NCBI GenBank assembly: GCA_904063045.1
Contig: CAJFCJ010000015.1
Span: forward strand, 1 to 64,000
Source: Dimorphilus gyrociliatus
Taxonomy: Eukaryota; Animalia; Annelida
Direction of reading: 5' to 3'
DNA length: 64,000 nucleotides
Shown: positions 1 through 14,509 of the stretch, one piece after another
Layout: each line of letters begins with the position of its first letter
Numbering within the stretch: the first letter of the stretch is position 1
The notes under the pieces: generated by a model
The model's database searches: none
What the model saw: only the letters and a program-made list of their open reading frames with translations
Told to the model about the DNA's origin: nothing
Program-made: the position numbers and the translations under genes

Positions 1-1942
1 AAAAATTGATTGATTATTCGAGACCAAAATTTGCCTAAAATTAGCTCTCTGACTTTTCCATTTTTTTTTTACAAAAAAAATGGGTGGTGCCGTCTAAATG
101 CAGACTTATATGCCTTAAGGGAATCAATTTAAAATAAAAAGGCAACAAGAAAAAACAACATACCCAAATAATGAAAATATATACACATACTTATATACAT
201 TAAGTTGATTTTTTATATAACATAGTATATAAAGAGCATATCAAACACTACGATATCTACAACATTTCTTAAGAGAAGGAAGACGATTAGGAATGTTAAC
301 TGGCCTATAGGCTGAAGAAGTAAAAATACGGACAATTTTACTAAAGCCGATTACAAAAAGATAAATGTAACTCAACTGTAAACTATTTCAGCAGAATTGT
401 TTTTTTTTTTAAATGCTGTACTCAAACTGGAACATCAATAATGAATAAAAATTTTGGTGCGCTCTTTAACTGTTCTAACAGGTGTAAGAACGATTTTATC
501 GGATTGTAGTTATAATTGGTGACGGAAAAAAATATATTACATAAACCATTTCCATTCCTTCCTTGTCTCTCTGTATTTGTGATTATCAAATAAAGAGATT
601 GAAATATCATTATAAGTTCTACGCCCTTGATATTTTAATAATAGAATTAGTTGAAGAGAAGGCTGATCACGTGACATTCTAAATAAAATGTAATATCTCA
701 TTTGGTACAATTTGCGTACTTTACAGGTAAAAACTATGGATTTTACAATCTTTTACTTAAAACATGGATTGTATTTGTCTATCTGTTTTCGATATCCCTC
801 CTTCATCCGTCTTTGGTTAGATTGAACAATCGTTATAGACTAGTAATTTATTCGAACTGGCACGATGAACGTACTTGTAGTGCAGATAACTGAACTCAAT
901 TTACATTAGACGGTTGGACGAACCAGTAAATTAATATTATAAAAAATGTTATAAGCGTCGCGTAATAAATCAATTACAGCGTCGGAATAACGCATATTGA
1001 TCAGTGAGTAGGAAAAGAAATAAGGGAGGAGAGAGGAAGAAGAATGATAGAGATAGAGATAGATGGAGAAAGGAAGGAGAAAAGAAAGAGAAAAAGAAAG
1101 AATAAAAAATAATGAAGTTAAAAGCGAAGCATTAAAGAGAAAAAACAAAGGTATCTAAAAGGAAGGAAAAAAATTATTTTTGGCGGTGGGAAAGGAAAAA
1201 TAACTAGAATCTTCGGGGGAAAATGTCAAACGGGATATTGGACTTCAGTCCCTTAATCTTATATTGCCTCAGGAATATTGAGCAAAAGACCAAATGACTT
1301 TTTTCTTTAAAAATTTAAACAGCCTTGATTTCACTTCTTCCTTTTTCTTTTATCTAGAATATAAAAAAAAAGTTCAACGATTTGTATTTTTTACAGTAAT
1401 AAGATATTTTTTCTACACGCTACAAACCTCTGGCATCAGCTTTAATAAGGATAAGTTGACTGCACTAAATATAGACGTGTACATTCATACGTGCGCTCAT
1501 GTTCTCAATCTCTACTTTATACGCCTTGACATAATCGTCAACAAAACTCATTGATAATTTCTTTAAGTCTTTCTTTTTCTTCTTTCTATTTTCTCCTCAT
1601 TTACTCTTATCTCCTGACTTAATACATTTCCTGTACGATTTATTTTAATTGCTTCTATAATGAGACAGGCTTAGACTCTCCTCGAATCCCATTTATTTCT
1701 TTATCAATCATTTTTCATATTGTTAAATCCTACTAATTTCGTCTGGACTTTAATTTATTAAAATTAGTAAGAAGGTTTTACAATACGTCTTGTGTAGCGT
1801 TTCATCTAATATATTGTTGCAATTTTATCCTTGTTCATTACAATATACGTAGATCATTTTATTGTATTAAAGCTAATGTATTGTTAGTAAATCATATCGT
1901 CATTATTGTAAAAAAAAGTGACACATTCTTATTTCTTTGAAG

Positions 1943-4027
1943 GCATTGCTACAAGCTCACGACGTCGTCGCACAAGAAATATACGGTGAAGACGCTGTTC
2001 GAGTTACTCCACCCCCAGTTACTTCCTTCCTAAACGGCCAAACTCCCGGCGCTGAACATTCCTCTTCACCAGACACTGTTCCTCCTCCAACTATTCCGGA
2101 AATGGAGAATGTTACACGTGTCCGTTTAGTTCAGTTCCAAAAGAATACGGAAGAGCCAATGGGCATTACCTTGAAAATGAACGAAGAAGAAAAATGCCTG
2201 GTTGCGCGTATTATGCATGGTGGTATGATACATAGACAGGGTACATTACATGTTGGCGACGAAATAAGAGAGATAAATGGTGTTGGCGTAGCTAAACAAT
2301 CTGTCGAGGTCCTGCAGAAGATGTTGAGGGACGCAAGAGGTTCCATAACCCTCAAAATTGTGCCCAGCTATCGTAATCAGCCCGTCCAATGCGAAATATT
2401 CGTTAGGGCTTTGTTTGAGTATGATCCATCGGACGACGATCTTATACCATGTTCCCAGGCCGGAGTCGCTTTCAAAATAGGCGATATTCTACAAGTAATT
2501 TCCAAAGATGATCATAATTGGTGGCAAGCAAAGGGATGGGGTAGATCTTTTAGCGAAGCCGCCGGTTTAATCCCATCTCCAGAATTACAGGTAAGAAAAA
2601 ATAATTATCCTTCAAAGTACACACATCCACTTATAAGATACACAAGTTACTTTATCCAAAATGAAAGAAACAATAACTAATACTATCGATATGCTATCTA
2701 AAATGTATAGTGCAAATATGTAATTTCTCCCTCTCTCCTTATGTAGTTTAAAATATACTATATAGACGCAAGTATAAGAAATTAATAAAAGCTATAAAAG
2801 CCAATGTAATATTTTCTAGTACAATTCTCTCTAATTAGGAAAGTAGTAGGCTTTTTTTTCTCTTTTGAAGTACCTTTTAAATTATTTTAAATGAAAGGTC
2901 GTTAATTAAGCGATTTGTAATATCCATTAATTGTGCGGATTCGTTAGCACGCTAAATATAAATATTTAACTGAAAATTTAATTCAACATATCATTCAATG
3001 ATTTTCATAAAAACGATGGTTTACTTGTAAGTTTATCGATAGACTATTTAAAAAAATAGCGTCAGAAAGCAGATAAATTGGAAGAAATTTTATCAATCTA
3101 TCACAAGAGAGATACCAGTTATATGTTGGGCGCCTGTATATTGTCATTGACCCAGCTGCCTTGGTGTCTAATCTAGACAACTAATCTGTTTAATTAACTA
3201 CAAAAGTAATCTGCAGTCCTTGCTATATTTTTTCTTTTCTGTTTTATATATAACATGATATATTCTGCAACAATATATATATATATACTACAGTATATCA
3301 TATACAGTCTTTCTGTTCTTTTTCGTTTAAATTTAACTTATGCCTTGTCTTTTTTCTTATCACGTAGGAATGGCGAACAGCGTGTACTGCAATGGACAAA
3401 GCAAAGCATGACCAGGCTCTAAATTGCTCCTGGTGGAATAAAAAGAAGAAAACGTTCAGGGATAAGTATTTGGCAAAGCATAATGCTATTTTCGACCAAC
3501 TCGACCTAGTTACATATGAAGAAGTCGTTAGACTACCTGCTTTTATGCGGAAAACTTTGGTTCTTCTAGGAGCTCATGGAGTTGGTCGACGACACATTAA
3601 AAATACATTAATCACAAGTCACCCGGAAAGGTTCGCCTATCCAATACCCCATACAACTAGGCCACCAAAAAAAGATGAAATAAATGGAAAGAATTACTTC
3701 TTTGTCAGTCATGAACAAATGATGACTGATATAGCTGCAAATGAGTATTTGGAATATGGTACACACGAGGATGCAATGTATGGAACCAAAATCGAGACCA
3801 TAAGACAAATCCACGAACAAGGACTAATAGCAATCTTGGATGTTGAACCACAGGTATGTTTTCGATATTTCTTTTTCCTTCTCTATATATTTTTATATTC
3901 ATTCAAAAAAAAACACACAAAACAAAAATTGAACACATTTTATTATATGAGAAAAGAGGAGAGAAATAGTTTTCATTTACTCTTTTTCATACTATATTTC
4001 ATAAATTCTTATATATACTTTCGTAGG

Positions 4028-4077
<50 letters not shown>

Positions 4078-7000
4078 ATTCAGATATGTATATATGAATA
4101 TTTTATAATTTTCCTCATCTTTCTAATTTAATATTTGTGTTTATTTCATTTTTTTATTCAATATAATTATAAGTTGTCTTTCTTTAAGTTGATATATTTT
4201 CGGGAGTGAAATACGCGTGTGTATGATTAGAAAAAATCTTGAAATATATGCCTAAGGTCATAATATATGTATAAATTATATATAGCTCTATATCTAATAT
4301 TATATAGAGTAATAGGCAAAGTATGTACAACTTATAGATCTATATTTAGATACATGTGAAAAAAAAAGTGAAAAAGAGAAAGAGCCTGTCGAAATATATG
4401 TCTTGTCCTTATTTCCTGTTGCTTGATGTTTTTCTCTCCTCGCGTATTTTAGTTTTCTTTATCTTATTATTATTTTTTTCACCTAAACAAAAAGAATCGA
4501 ATGCAAAGAAAAGAATCTACGTAATATAAATTTATACATTATACTGTATATTTCAAACTTAATGTACATATATATATATACAAATACATGTTTCAGCACG
4601 ATTCTATATACATTCGTTTCTCCTTTTATTTCCTCAATTCGGAGTCGTTTTTTTTTCACTTAATTATTGATATTCTTGACTTTCGAAACCAATTAACCTA
4701 TAAAAGTAGCGTTTATAACTTAGATTTTAATTTTCCTTTCTTATATTTCTTATTTTTTACTTATTCTCTGTTTCTTTTTTTTTTACATTTAAGTTTTATT
4801 CTTAATTTATTAACATAAAAAAATTTGTTAGGGCGTAAATAAAAGAAAAAAAGAAAAAAAAATCGTTCAATGAAGGAGAGGCGATTGATCTCTCTGAATT
4901 TTTTTTTCCTTCTAATGATTTTCGCATTTTCTCTATAGGGGAAATTACGATTTTCATATGAAAAAAAAAAATACTTAACCAAAATCATACTTTCAGTTAT
5001 TATTTTTTTCTAGTTTGTTGTTTTGTTACTCTACGATAGAGAGATAAAAATTTCTATTTTTATAACAAAAGTAGGCAGTAGAGAGAATAGAAGCTAATTT
5101 TTCTGATGTTACCATAACGAAAATGAAGCAGGCGGAAACGTTTTGAGAATTTTAAATTTTTTCTCTGCTTAAACTATAAGATATAAAAGAAAAAGTAAAA
5201 AGATTCTTTAGATTATCTCCTTTTCTTTTTAATTTGGTTCGAAAATCAGGGATTAAATAATTCTATTCTTCAATATTATTTCAATAATTAAAGACACATT
5301 AATTTTTACGTAAGATAAAAAAAAAGACATGAAAAAGTTATTGCGTGTTTCTGTTATTTGTAATTTATTCATATCCTTCTTTTTCTTTATAAAAAGTACG
5401 GCATGAACATTAAAAAATCAACAAAAAAGGAAAATTATAATTAGAAAATAATATGAATCTAAGTTTACTTTATACAGTATATATATGTTTTATATATAGA
5501 AGAAAGAATTATTACGTAACTATCTTTATATACAGTATATATATATTTAAACAAAAGAAAACTCTCGAACGTATTATTTTTCTTTTCTTTATTTTCTAAA
5601 ATTATTATTTTTCTTATTATAAAAAACATAAAAAGAAACTAAAGATATATAGAACTAAAACCTACTACTATACATTTCCCTTTTTACTCTCTCTACCATC
5701 TTTATCTTTTACCATTTAATTGAATTAATACTTTTTTTTTATCTAACTTTTTGTTTTTTGTTATTTTCTAAAACAAAAACAAAAAAGAAATCTCTTCAAT
5801 CGAAAAAAAATAATTAATTAGATAAAATTATTTTATTATTTTTTTTTTTAAAAAAAAATCAACTTCCAAAAAAAAAAAAATATTTATTCAGAAAGAAAGA
5901 AAAAAACTTGTTTAAAAAAATTCCCTCCTTTAGAGCTTAAACAAAAAAAAACTTATGTTTCATCAAATGTTTGCAGCTTCTCGGCTCCGAACAGGATGTG
6001 AGTAACAAAACTATCGAGTTATTAGAGCAAACCATTACACCAATATATATTTTATATACATATATATTATATATTTTTATTCTTTTTTCGTTTCTTACTT
6101 ATTTATTATTTAATTAGAAAATTTATTAAAAGTATATTTTAATAATTAATCTTGTTTAATCGTTTTCATTTGATATTTTCTTATTTTGTCATTTATTTTC
6201 GTATTTATATAGTTATATTCACGCAGCGGCATGAACGTCTGATGAAACATAAGTTGTTCGACATTTTTATTTCATGTATGTATTTATTTATATATATATA
6301 TATTAACTAATATATATAGATATTTGGATACATACATGTATATGTGAATATGTTACTCTTTTTAGAGCGTTTCTTTTATTTAATAAGTTTTATTTAAAAA
6401 AAAGAAACATTAAACAAATTTGTTCAATCAATCATTTTCCTTCTTTCTATTTATCTTTTGGATTAAAAATATTATAATATTTTCTTAGTTTCATTTCATA
6501 TTTCTAACTATTTCTTTTTACTTTAACTTTTATACCTTTCATCTTTTCTCTTTTACTTTTATTGGTTTTCTGTTATTATTACTTTTTAGTAATTAATTAT
6601 CTATTTATTAAATTACTCTGTTTTGAACTAATATCTAGAGTAAAGAATAAATATAAGAATATACATTTTTTATTAAAACTTATATTTATATATATAAATA
6701 TATATGTATATTATTATATATATATATATATATTTAAATATATTTACTGATATTACATATACTTTATGTATATGTGTAATATATTTATTATTTACCTCTT
6801 TAAAAATGAACAAAAAATTCGGCGCTAAATATGTCGTTCATGCCGTACGTGTTGAGGCTGCGTTTTTTTTATTTGTAACTTTTTTTTCAAAAAAAAAAAT
6901 GACATTAAAAGATCCTATTTAAGATATGATTTTAAGTTTTCATTTCTAGGCAAAACTATTATTTTTTTTAGGTTAACTCTTTTTTTTGTCCTTTTATTTT

Positions 7001-9219
7001 ATTTGTTTATTTTTTCGTTTATAATTTCTTAGAATGCTATCACTTTCAAATTTAGTTTATTATTCATTTATTAAGTACTTGTATATTATATACTCATTTT
7101 GATAATAATCTTTATATAGTTAAATTTATTTAATTAATGAATTAGTTAAGTATAATTTATGCAAGTACTCTAGATTAAAGATCCTTTTTTTTTTCTTGGA
7201 AAGTCAAAAGGAATCTATCTTAGTTAATATCACTTTTTCCCTTCATAACTCGCAATAGAAATCAGTTGTATATTCATACTTATTATATTCCGGGAGGTAA
7301 AGAACTTTATACTTGTTTAGCTTAATAACGATTAGGGAAGAAATAGATTATTTAGTTTTTGGAGATGAAGGGAGAAAGTATATGTATATATATATATAAT
7401 TTAGCATGGAAATTAAAGTCTTAAGATTAGGTTTCTAATTAAGTAAAAAGAAAAAAAAAGTTAAATTTAAAAGACGCAGCCAAAAGTGTGATCCTTTAAC
7501 TTTTTTCGTTTTTTCTCGACCGGGAAAAATCTACTGTGCAGGCTCTGAAAGTTCTGCGTACCGCCGAGTTCGCGCCGCTAGTCGTGTTCATAGCGGCACC
7601 AACTGTCGCATCGTTCAATGAGGTATGTTAACATTTTCTTACTCTTTCCTCTTCTTTTTTCCCCGAACAGGCGCTCAAAGTGTTGCGCACGGCACCATTC
7701 GCTGGATTTATCGTCTTCGTCGCCGCTCCTGATTTGCAGACCCTTGCCAAACTTCGCACAAACAACGTCTCCGTGAGTGCCATCATCGCGCAACACACGG
7801 ATCCTTTTTTTTTCTTTTTTTCTTGTCTTTCTTTCAATCTACCTACTACTACCTATTCCTGCCTCCTAGATAACTCTTTGATTAATCATTCCTTCTTCAT
7901 TTCTTTCACATCTTTCCCCGTCAACATCACCCACCTCCTCTACAATCTTTCAATTCTTTCCCTTCTCCATTTTCTTCAAACCCCTGCTTAACCTTTTTTA
8001 AGAAATTACCATTCTCTCACTTTGGACTTAAAAAGGAGGAATATGCAAATGAAAAATTTGAAGATACCAGTTCATCAACTATTTTCATTTTATCCCTCTA
8101 AACTATTCCCCACCCCATCGATTTTTACTAAAAGGCCAAGAATGGTTAAGATACTGAGGATCGCCTCTTTTGAAAAACTAATGATAGATGTTTATTTAAG
8201 AAAAAGAGAGTGATAGACAGAAAAAAAGGGTGTGAGAAAGAAATAGAAAAACAGATAGAAAGATAGATAAATAGAAGAGAAAAGAAAAGTAGATAGAAAG
8301 AAAGTGAAGGCTAGAGAGTGAGAAAGAGAGATATTTAGACCGAGAAAAATATAAAGAATATATTGCAGGTTTCTTTTCTTAGCTTTTTATCGTGAAGATA
8401 AATTAGACCCAAGGCTTAGCACCAAGATTTTACCGCTTATCTAAATCATTTAAATCATCAAGGGAGGATTTCTTTTTTGTGAATCATGGAACAATCTTTA
8501 CGACAGTCGAGAGGGAAGGCGAAGAAAAGATTCAAATTAATTAATTTTAAAAATATATCAGGATTTGATATGAGACGAGAACACTTAGAGGAGATTTAGA
8601 GTTGATCTATCCTGATTCTCAGGCAATTGAGATAATTAGCTGTCATTTAAGTTTAGTCAATTTCATAATTATATAAACTGAAGAGAGAAAGAGGGGGCAA
8701 TGCATATACAGTGACAGAAAAAATCAAGGCAGTAAATAAGAAACGAGAAAGAGATAAAGAATGGGATATGCAGTACAAAGAGAGAGAGAGAGAGGGTGGG
8801 GGGAGGGGGGGGGGTAGAGTGTGTCTGATTGTGAACTATGGGCACAGAATATTGACATAAATAAATTGAAAGAATAGAAAAAGAAAATTTATAACATAAT
8901 TCAATTTAATATGAGATCCTCATATCCAATCATATCTATTCCTTTTCTTATTACGCTTTATTGTGATTATTATTATAACTTAATAATAATTGTTTGTATC
9001 CGAAAAAAAGATTTAGTTTTTCCCCTTTTTTTTTCTTTATAGGATGGAAGTTTAGAGCGATTAGCTCGAGAATCCGAACTATTAGAAAAGGCTTATGGAC
9101 ATTACTTCGATTTGAAAATCGTTAACAACGATATTGAAGAAACTATACATACACTGCAAAGAGCTATCGATGAAGTTTGCAGCACACCACAATGGGTACC
9201 AGTTTCCTGGGTCTATTGA
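1943..9219 (+). CDS. CASK: CASK/LIN-2 MAGUK, 3' half (end of L27, PDZ, SH3, HOOK, guanylate kinase-like); upstream exons not identified and presumably outside the window
   Basis: Exons 1943-2590 ([10 protein letters not shown]...[25 protein letters not shown]...IPSPELQ), 3368-3853 (EWRTACT...[11 protein letters not shown]...ILDVEPQ), 7542-7622 or 7671-7772, and 9043-9219 ([11 protein letters not shown]...[10 protein letters not shown]). All junctions are GT-AG and phase 0. The C-terminal WVPVSWVY is the CASK signature. Confidence 0.97.
5977..5997 (+). CDS. Candidate 21-nt CASK microexon (LLGSEQD)
   Basis: tttgcag|cttctcggctccgaacaggat|gtgagtaac; GC-rich island in an AT-rich intron, phase 0, no stop. 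Confidence 0.6.
7542..7622 (+). CDS. CASK: CASK GK-domain exon variant A (canonical-like)
   Basis: gtgcag|GCTCTG...AATGAG|gtatgt, 81 nt, [27 protein letters not shown]. Confidence 0.92.
7671..7772 (+). CDS. CASK: CASK GK-domain exon variant B (duplicated, divergent)
   Basis: Pyrimidine tract + gaacag|GCGCTC...GTCTCC|gtgagt, 102 nt, [34 protein letters not shown], same phases as exon A. Confidence 0.85.
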
Positions 9220-10228
9220 ATATTTTTAAGGATCATATTGGGAAGAGATTTTTTTAAGTACAAAAATTTGGAAGAAAATAAAAAATTAAAGGGAACTTTT
9301 TCTCTTTCAAAAGAGGAAAAAAATGAGTTAAAGGAGACAAAGAACTGTTTTTGTTTTCATTTTATAAAAGTCATAGTTTGTAGTTACAAAAGAAAGAAGA
9401 GAAAAGAAAAACGAAGTAAACCGTGAAAAAAAAAGGACTAATTATTTTTCTTTTAGCGGTTTCAAATTTTTATGTTTCCTTTTTCATATTCTTTTTTTTT
9501 TGTGCATATTTTCGACCATTTAAAGGAGAAAATATATGATAATTTGTGATTCTTTTGACAGAAAAAAAAGACAAAAGACAAACTATCCCTTTAAAAAAAA
9601 ATTTGACAAAAAAAACAAAAAAAAACTAAAAAATGATAAACATACAAAAGATAAACGATCGATTAGAAAAAAAACAAACAACGGTAGAAAGAAACGTAGT
9701 AAAGAATTTGTTATACACGTTTTAAAGAAACATTTGTGATTGTTATAGAAAAATAAATCTTTTTGAAAGAATACCTACAAAAGAAAAGTATTATGAATTA
9801 TTTATCTAATTAGTTAATTAATTGTATTATATTATTACTCTATTTATTAATTAATGACTAACCAAACAAACATATTAAGTATACACCTTATAGTTTTTGT
9901 CATTCAAGCTGCCACATCGACATTTAATGCATATATAGATAATCTCTAGTAAGTAAATTTTGAAAAATAATAATGATAAATTCTGATATATTTACATACA
10001 GTGATTAATGAATATTCAAATTAGGTTGATAAAGATAGAGATGACATTTTTGTTTATAAGAAAAAAATAATTAAAAGATAAAAAGAATGGATGGATGATA
10101 AAAAGTATTCCCTAACATTATAAACCTCACCCTTTCGAACCTTTTTCTTTATCTCTTATAGCTTTTGCACTCATTCTCATTCTCTCTCGCTCGCTCGCTC
10201 GCTTACTCTCTTTTTCTTTCTCTGCATT

Positions 10229-12743
<2,515 letters not shown>

Positions 12744-12922
12744 TTTCTCTTCTAATTTATCCTTTTCGGTTATCGTGTCAATCCTTAATGGCCGTCTGAA
12801 TGGACAGAAAGAAATGTATGATATTGTAGAAACTTAAAAAAATCGCACGAGGTGAACCTTTGGAACTAAAGGTTTAAAGATATAATCGCATACCGTGTGA
12901 TAATTTGTTATCTATTTTTGTC

Positions 12923-12926
<4 letters not shown>

Positions 12927-12970
<44 letters not shown>
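12927..12970. repeat. (TA)n microsatellite; similar tracts near 4030-4070, 11907-11936, 27749-27773, 56155-56186, 61169-61194
   Basis: Direct reading; boundaries approximate. Confidence 0.9.
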
Positions 12971-12975
<5 letters not shown>

Positions 12976-13431
12976 TATATATACTATTTTACTGATTTTT
13001 AACCTATATACTGTTAAAAGTTCACTAAAACAAGTGGGAAGAGTATATGCATATATATGTATCTATAATACTATATAAGTATTTAAATAGAATTATCATA
13101 ATATCTCTGCTTAATATATTTAATACACGTACTTTAACACACGAATACTACTTTATCGTTTTCAAACGTCATAAAAGAATTGAAAAGATAAAAGGCCTAT
13201 ATTATTCTAACCTTTTAAGACTTCTTGTATTATACATAACCAAACTACGAAGCTTTTAAGAGAAATTTTAGACAAGTTTTCGTTTTTGACACGAAGCAAA
13301 TCAATGAAAAATAACATCTGCGTTTGAACAGAATATGTGGTGTGTGTGCGGGGTGTTTTAAAATAAGTTTCTTTTTTTTATACTTTAACCAAGACCTACC
13401 ACTACATGAGATTGACAGTTAGATAGAAAGA

Positions 13432-13470
13432 GTGAGAGAGAGAGAGAGAGAGAGAGTGAGAGAGAGAAAG
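13432..13470. repeat. (GA)n microsatellite; similar tracts near 8777-8793, 12056-12078, 25049-25064, 55786-55800
   Basis: Direct reading; boundaries approximate. Confidence 0.85.
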
Positions 13471-14509
13471 AGAGAAGAGATTGTCGGAGGGTGTGTGAGA
13501 GAGAGTGAGAGAGAAAAAGAAAGAGTATCTAATTAAAGTTAATAAATAGAAAACAACATATTTTATTCTGGTACAGTTCTAGACCGTTGTTGTAGGTCTG
13601 ATTGGTATTTTTTATATAAATATTTTATCGATTATAATTTATACTAATGTTTATTCTATTTACTTTTACTTAATAATTATATAATTTGTAATATTGCTAG
13701 AATATACTGTATATACTGTATATCATAATTTATCAATTTTTTGTGTCTCTATTCATTTTTAATATATTGTTCTTTAATAATAACATCAGATAGTTCAAGG
13801 ACTGATTTACATATTAAACTAGTGGAATATTTTAATTAATTAATCATCCATCTTTTTAACCTTCTTATCTCTTTAAAAATCTTATACTATTCATAAATTA
13901 ACTCTTGTTTAATTATATACAGAATACACATATAGTATACAGTATTACATATTATATAGTATATATTCCGTAGTATTCATCACTTACCTATCTATACCCT
14001 CTTATCTCTGCAACGTTTAAACTATCTATCTTTATATGTTATAATTAACGGTCATAGTTTCAAAGATCTGATGAATTTTGGCGTAATCGCTTACATACTT
14101 TAACCTTAAACGTAATGCCATTCAAAATTCAAAAGTTCATCGTTCAATTAAATTTTAAAGTGTTATCTTTAGGATTATTGAATGCTAAATAAATCTCTTT
14201 ACCATCACTATTGTTACATAAGAAAAATGTAAGTATAATCTAAGCCTATTGACTTTCAAACATTACTTATAGATTAATATGACATATGTAGTTTTAATTG
14301 TATTAATGAACTGGAAATTGTATATACAACATACTTATAAACAGTTTGATACATATATTATACATACTGTATATATATATATATATACAGTACATGCTGT
14401 ATTTACATATATAAATATATATAAAATTCGGATTATCTAAAGAAAAGAGAGAAGAATAGATAAGAGAAGATAAAGACGCAGAAAGAGTTATTTAGCTTTA
14501 TCGTCCAAA

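Noticed and set aside
4209-4449. 9-bp inverted repeat aaatacgcg / cgcgtattt in the CASK intron
   Set aside because: Short, does not extend, and brackets no exon-like feature; kept out of the switch model.
6239-6262. Hammerhead-like CUGAUGA followed by an aaca/tgtt stem; also a possible snoRNA box C
   Set aside because: The required GAAA after stem II is CGAC, and no box D (CTGA) follows at a suitable distance.
4588-9739. Many 60-100 aa F/L/I/Y- or K-rich ORFs in the track (e.g. 4588, 4761, 6562, 6704, 9238, 9536; also 51881, 52300, 53528)
   Set aside because: Translations of poly(T)/poly(A) and (TA)n tracts, often with TTG/GTG starts that are not expected here.
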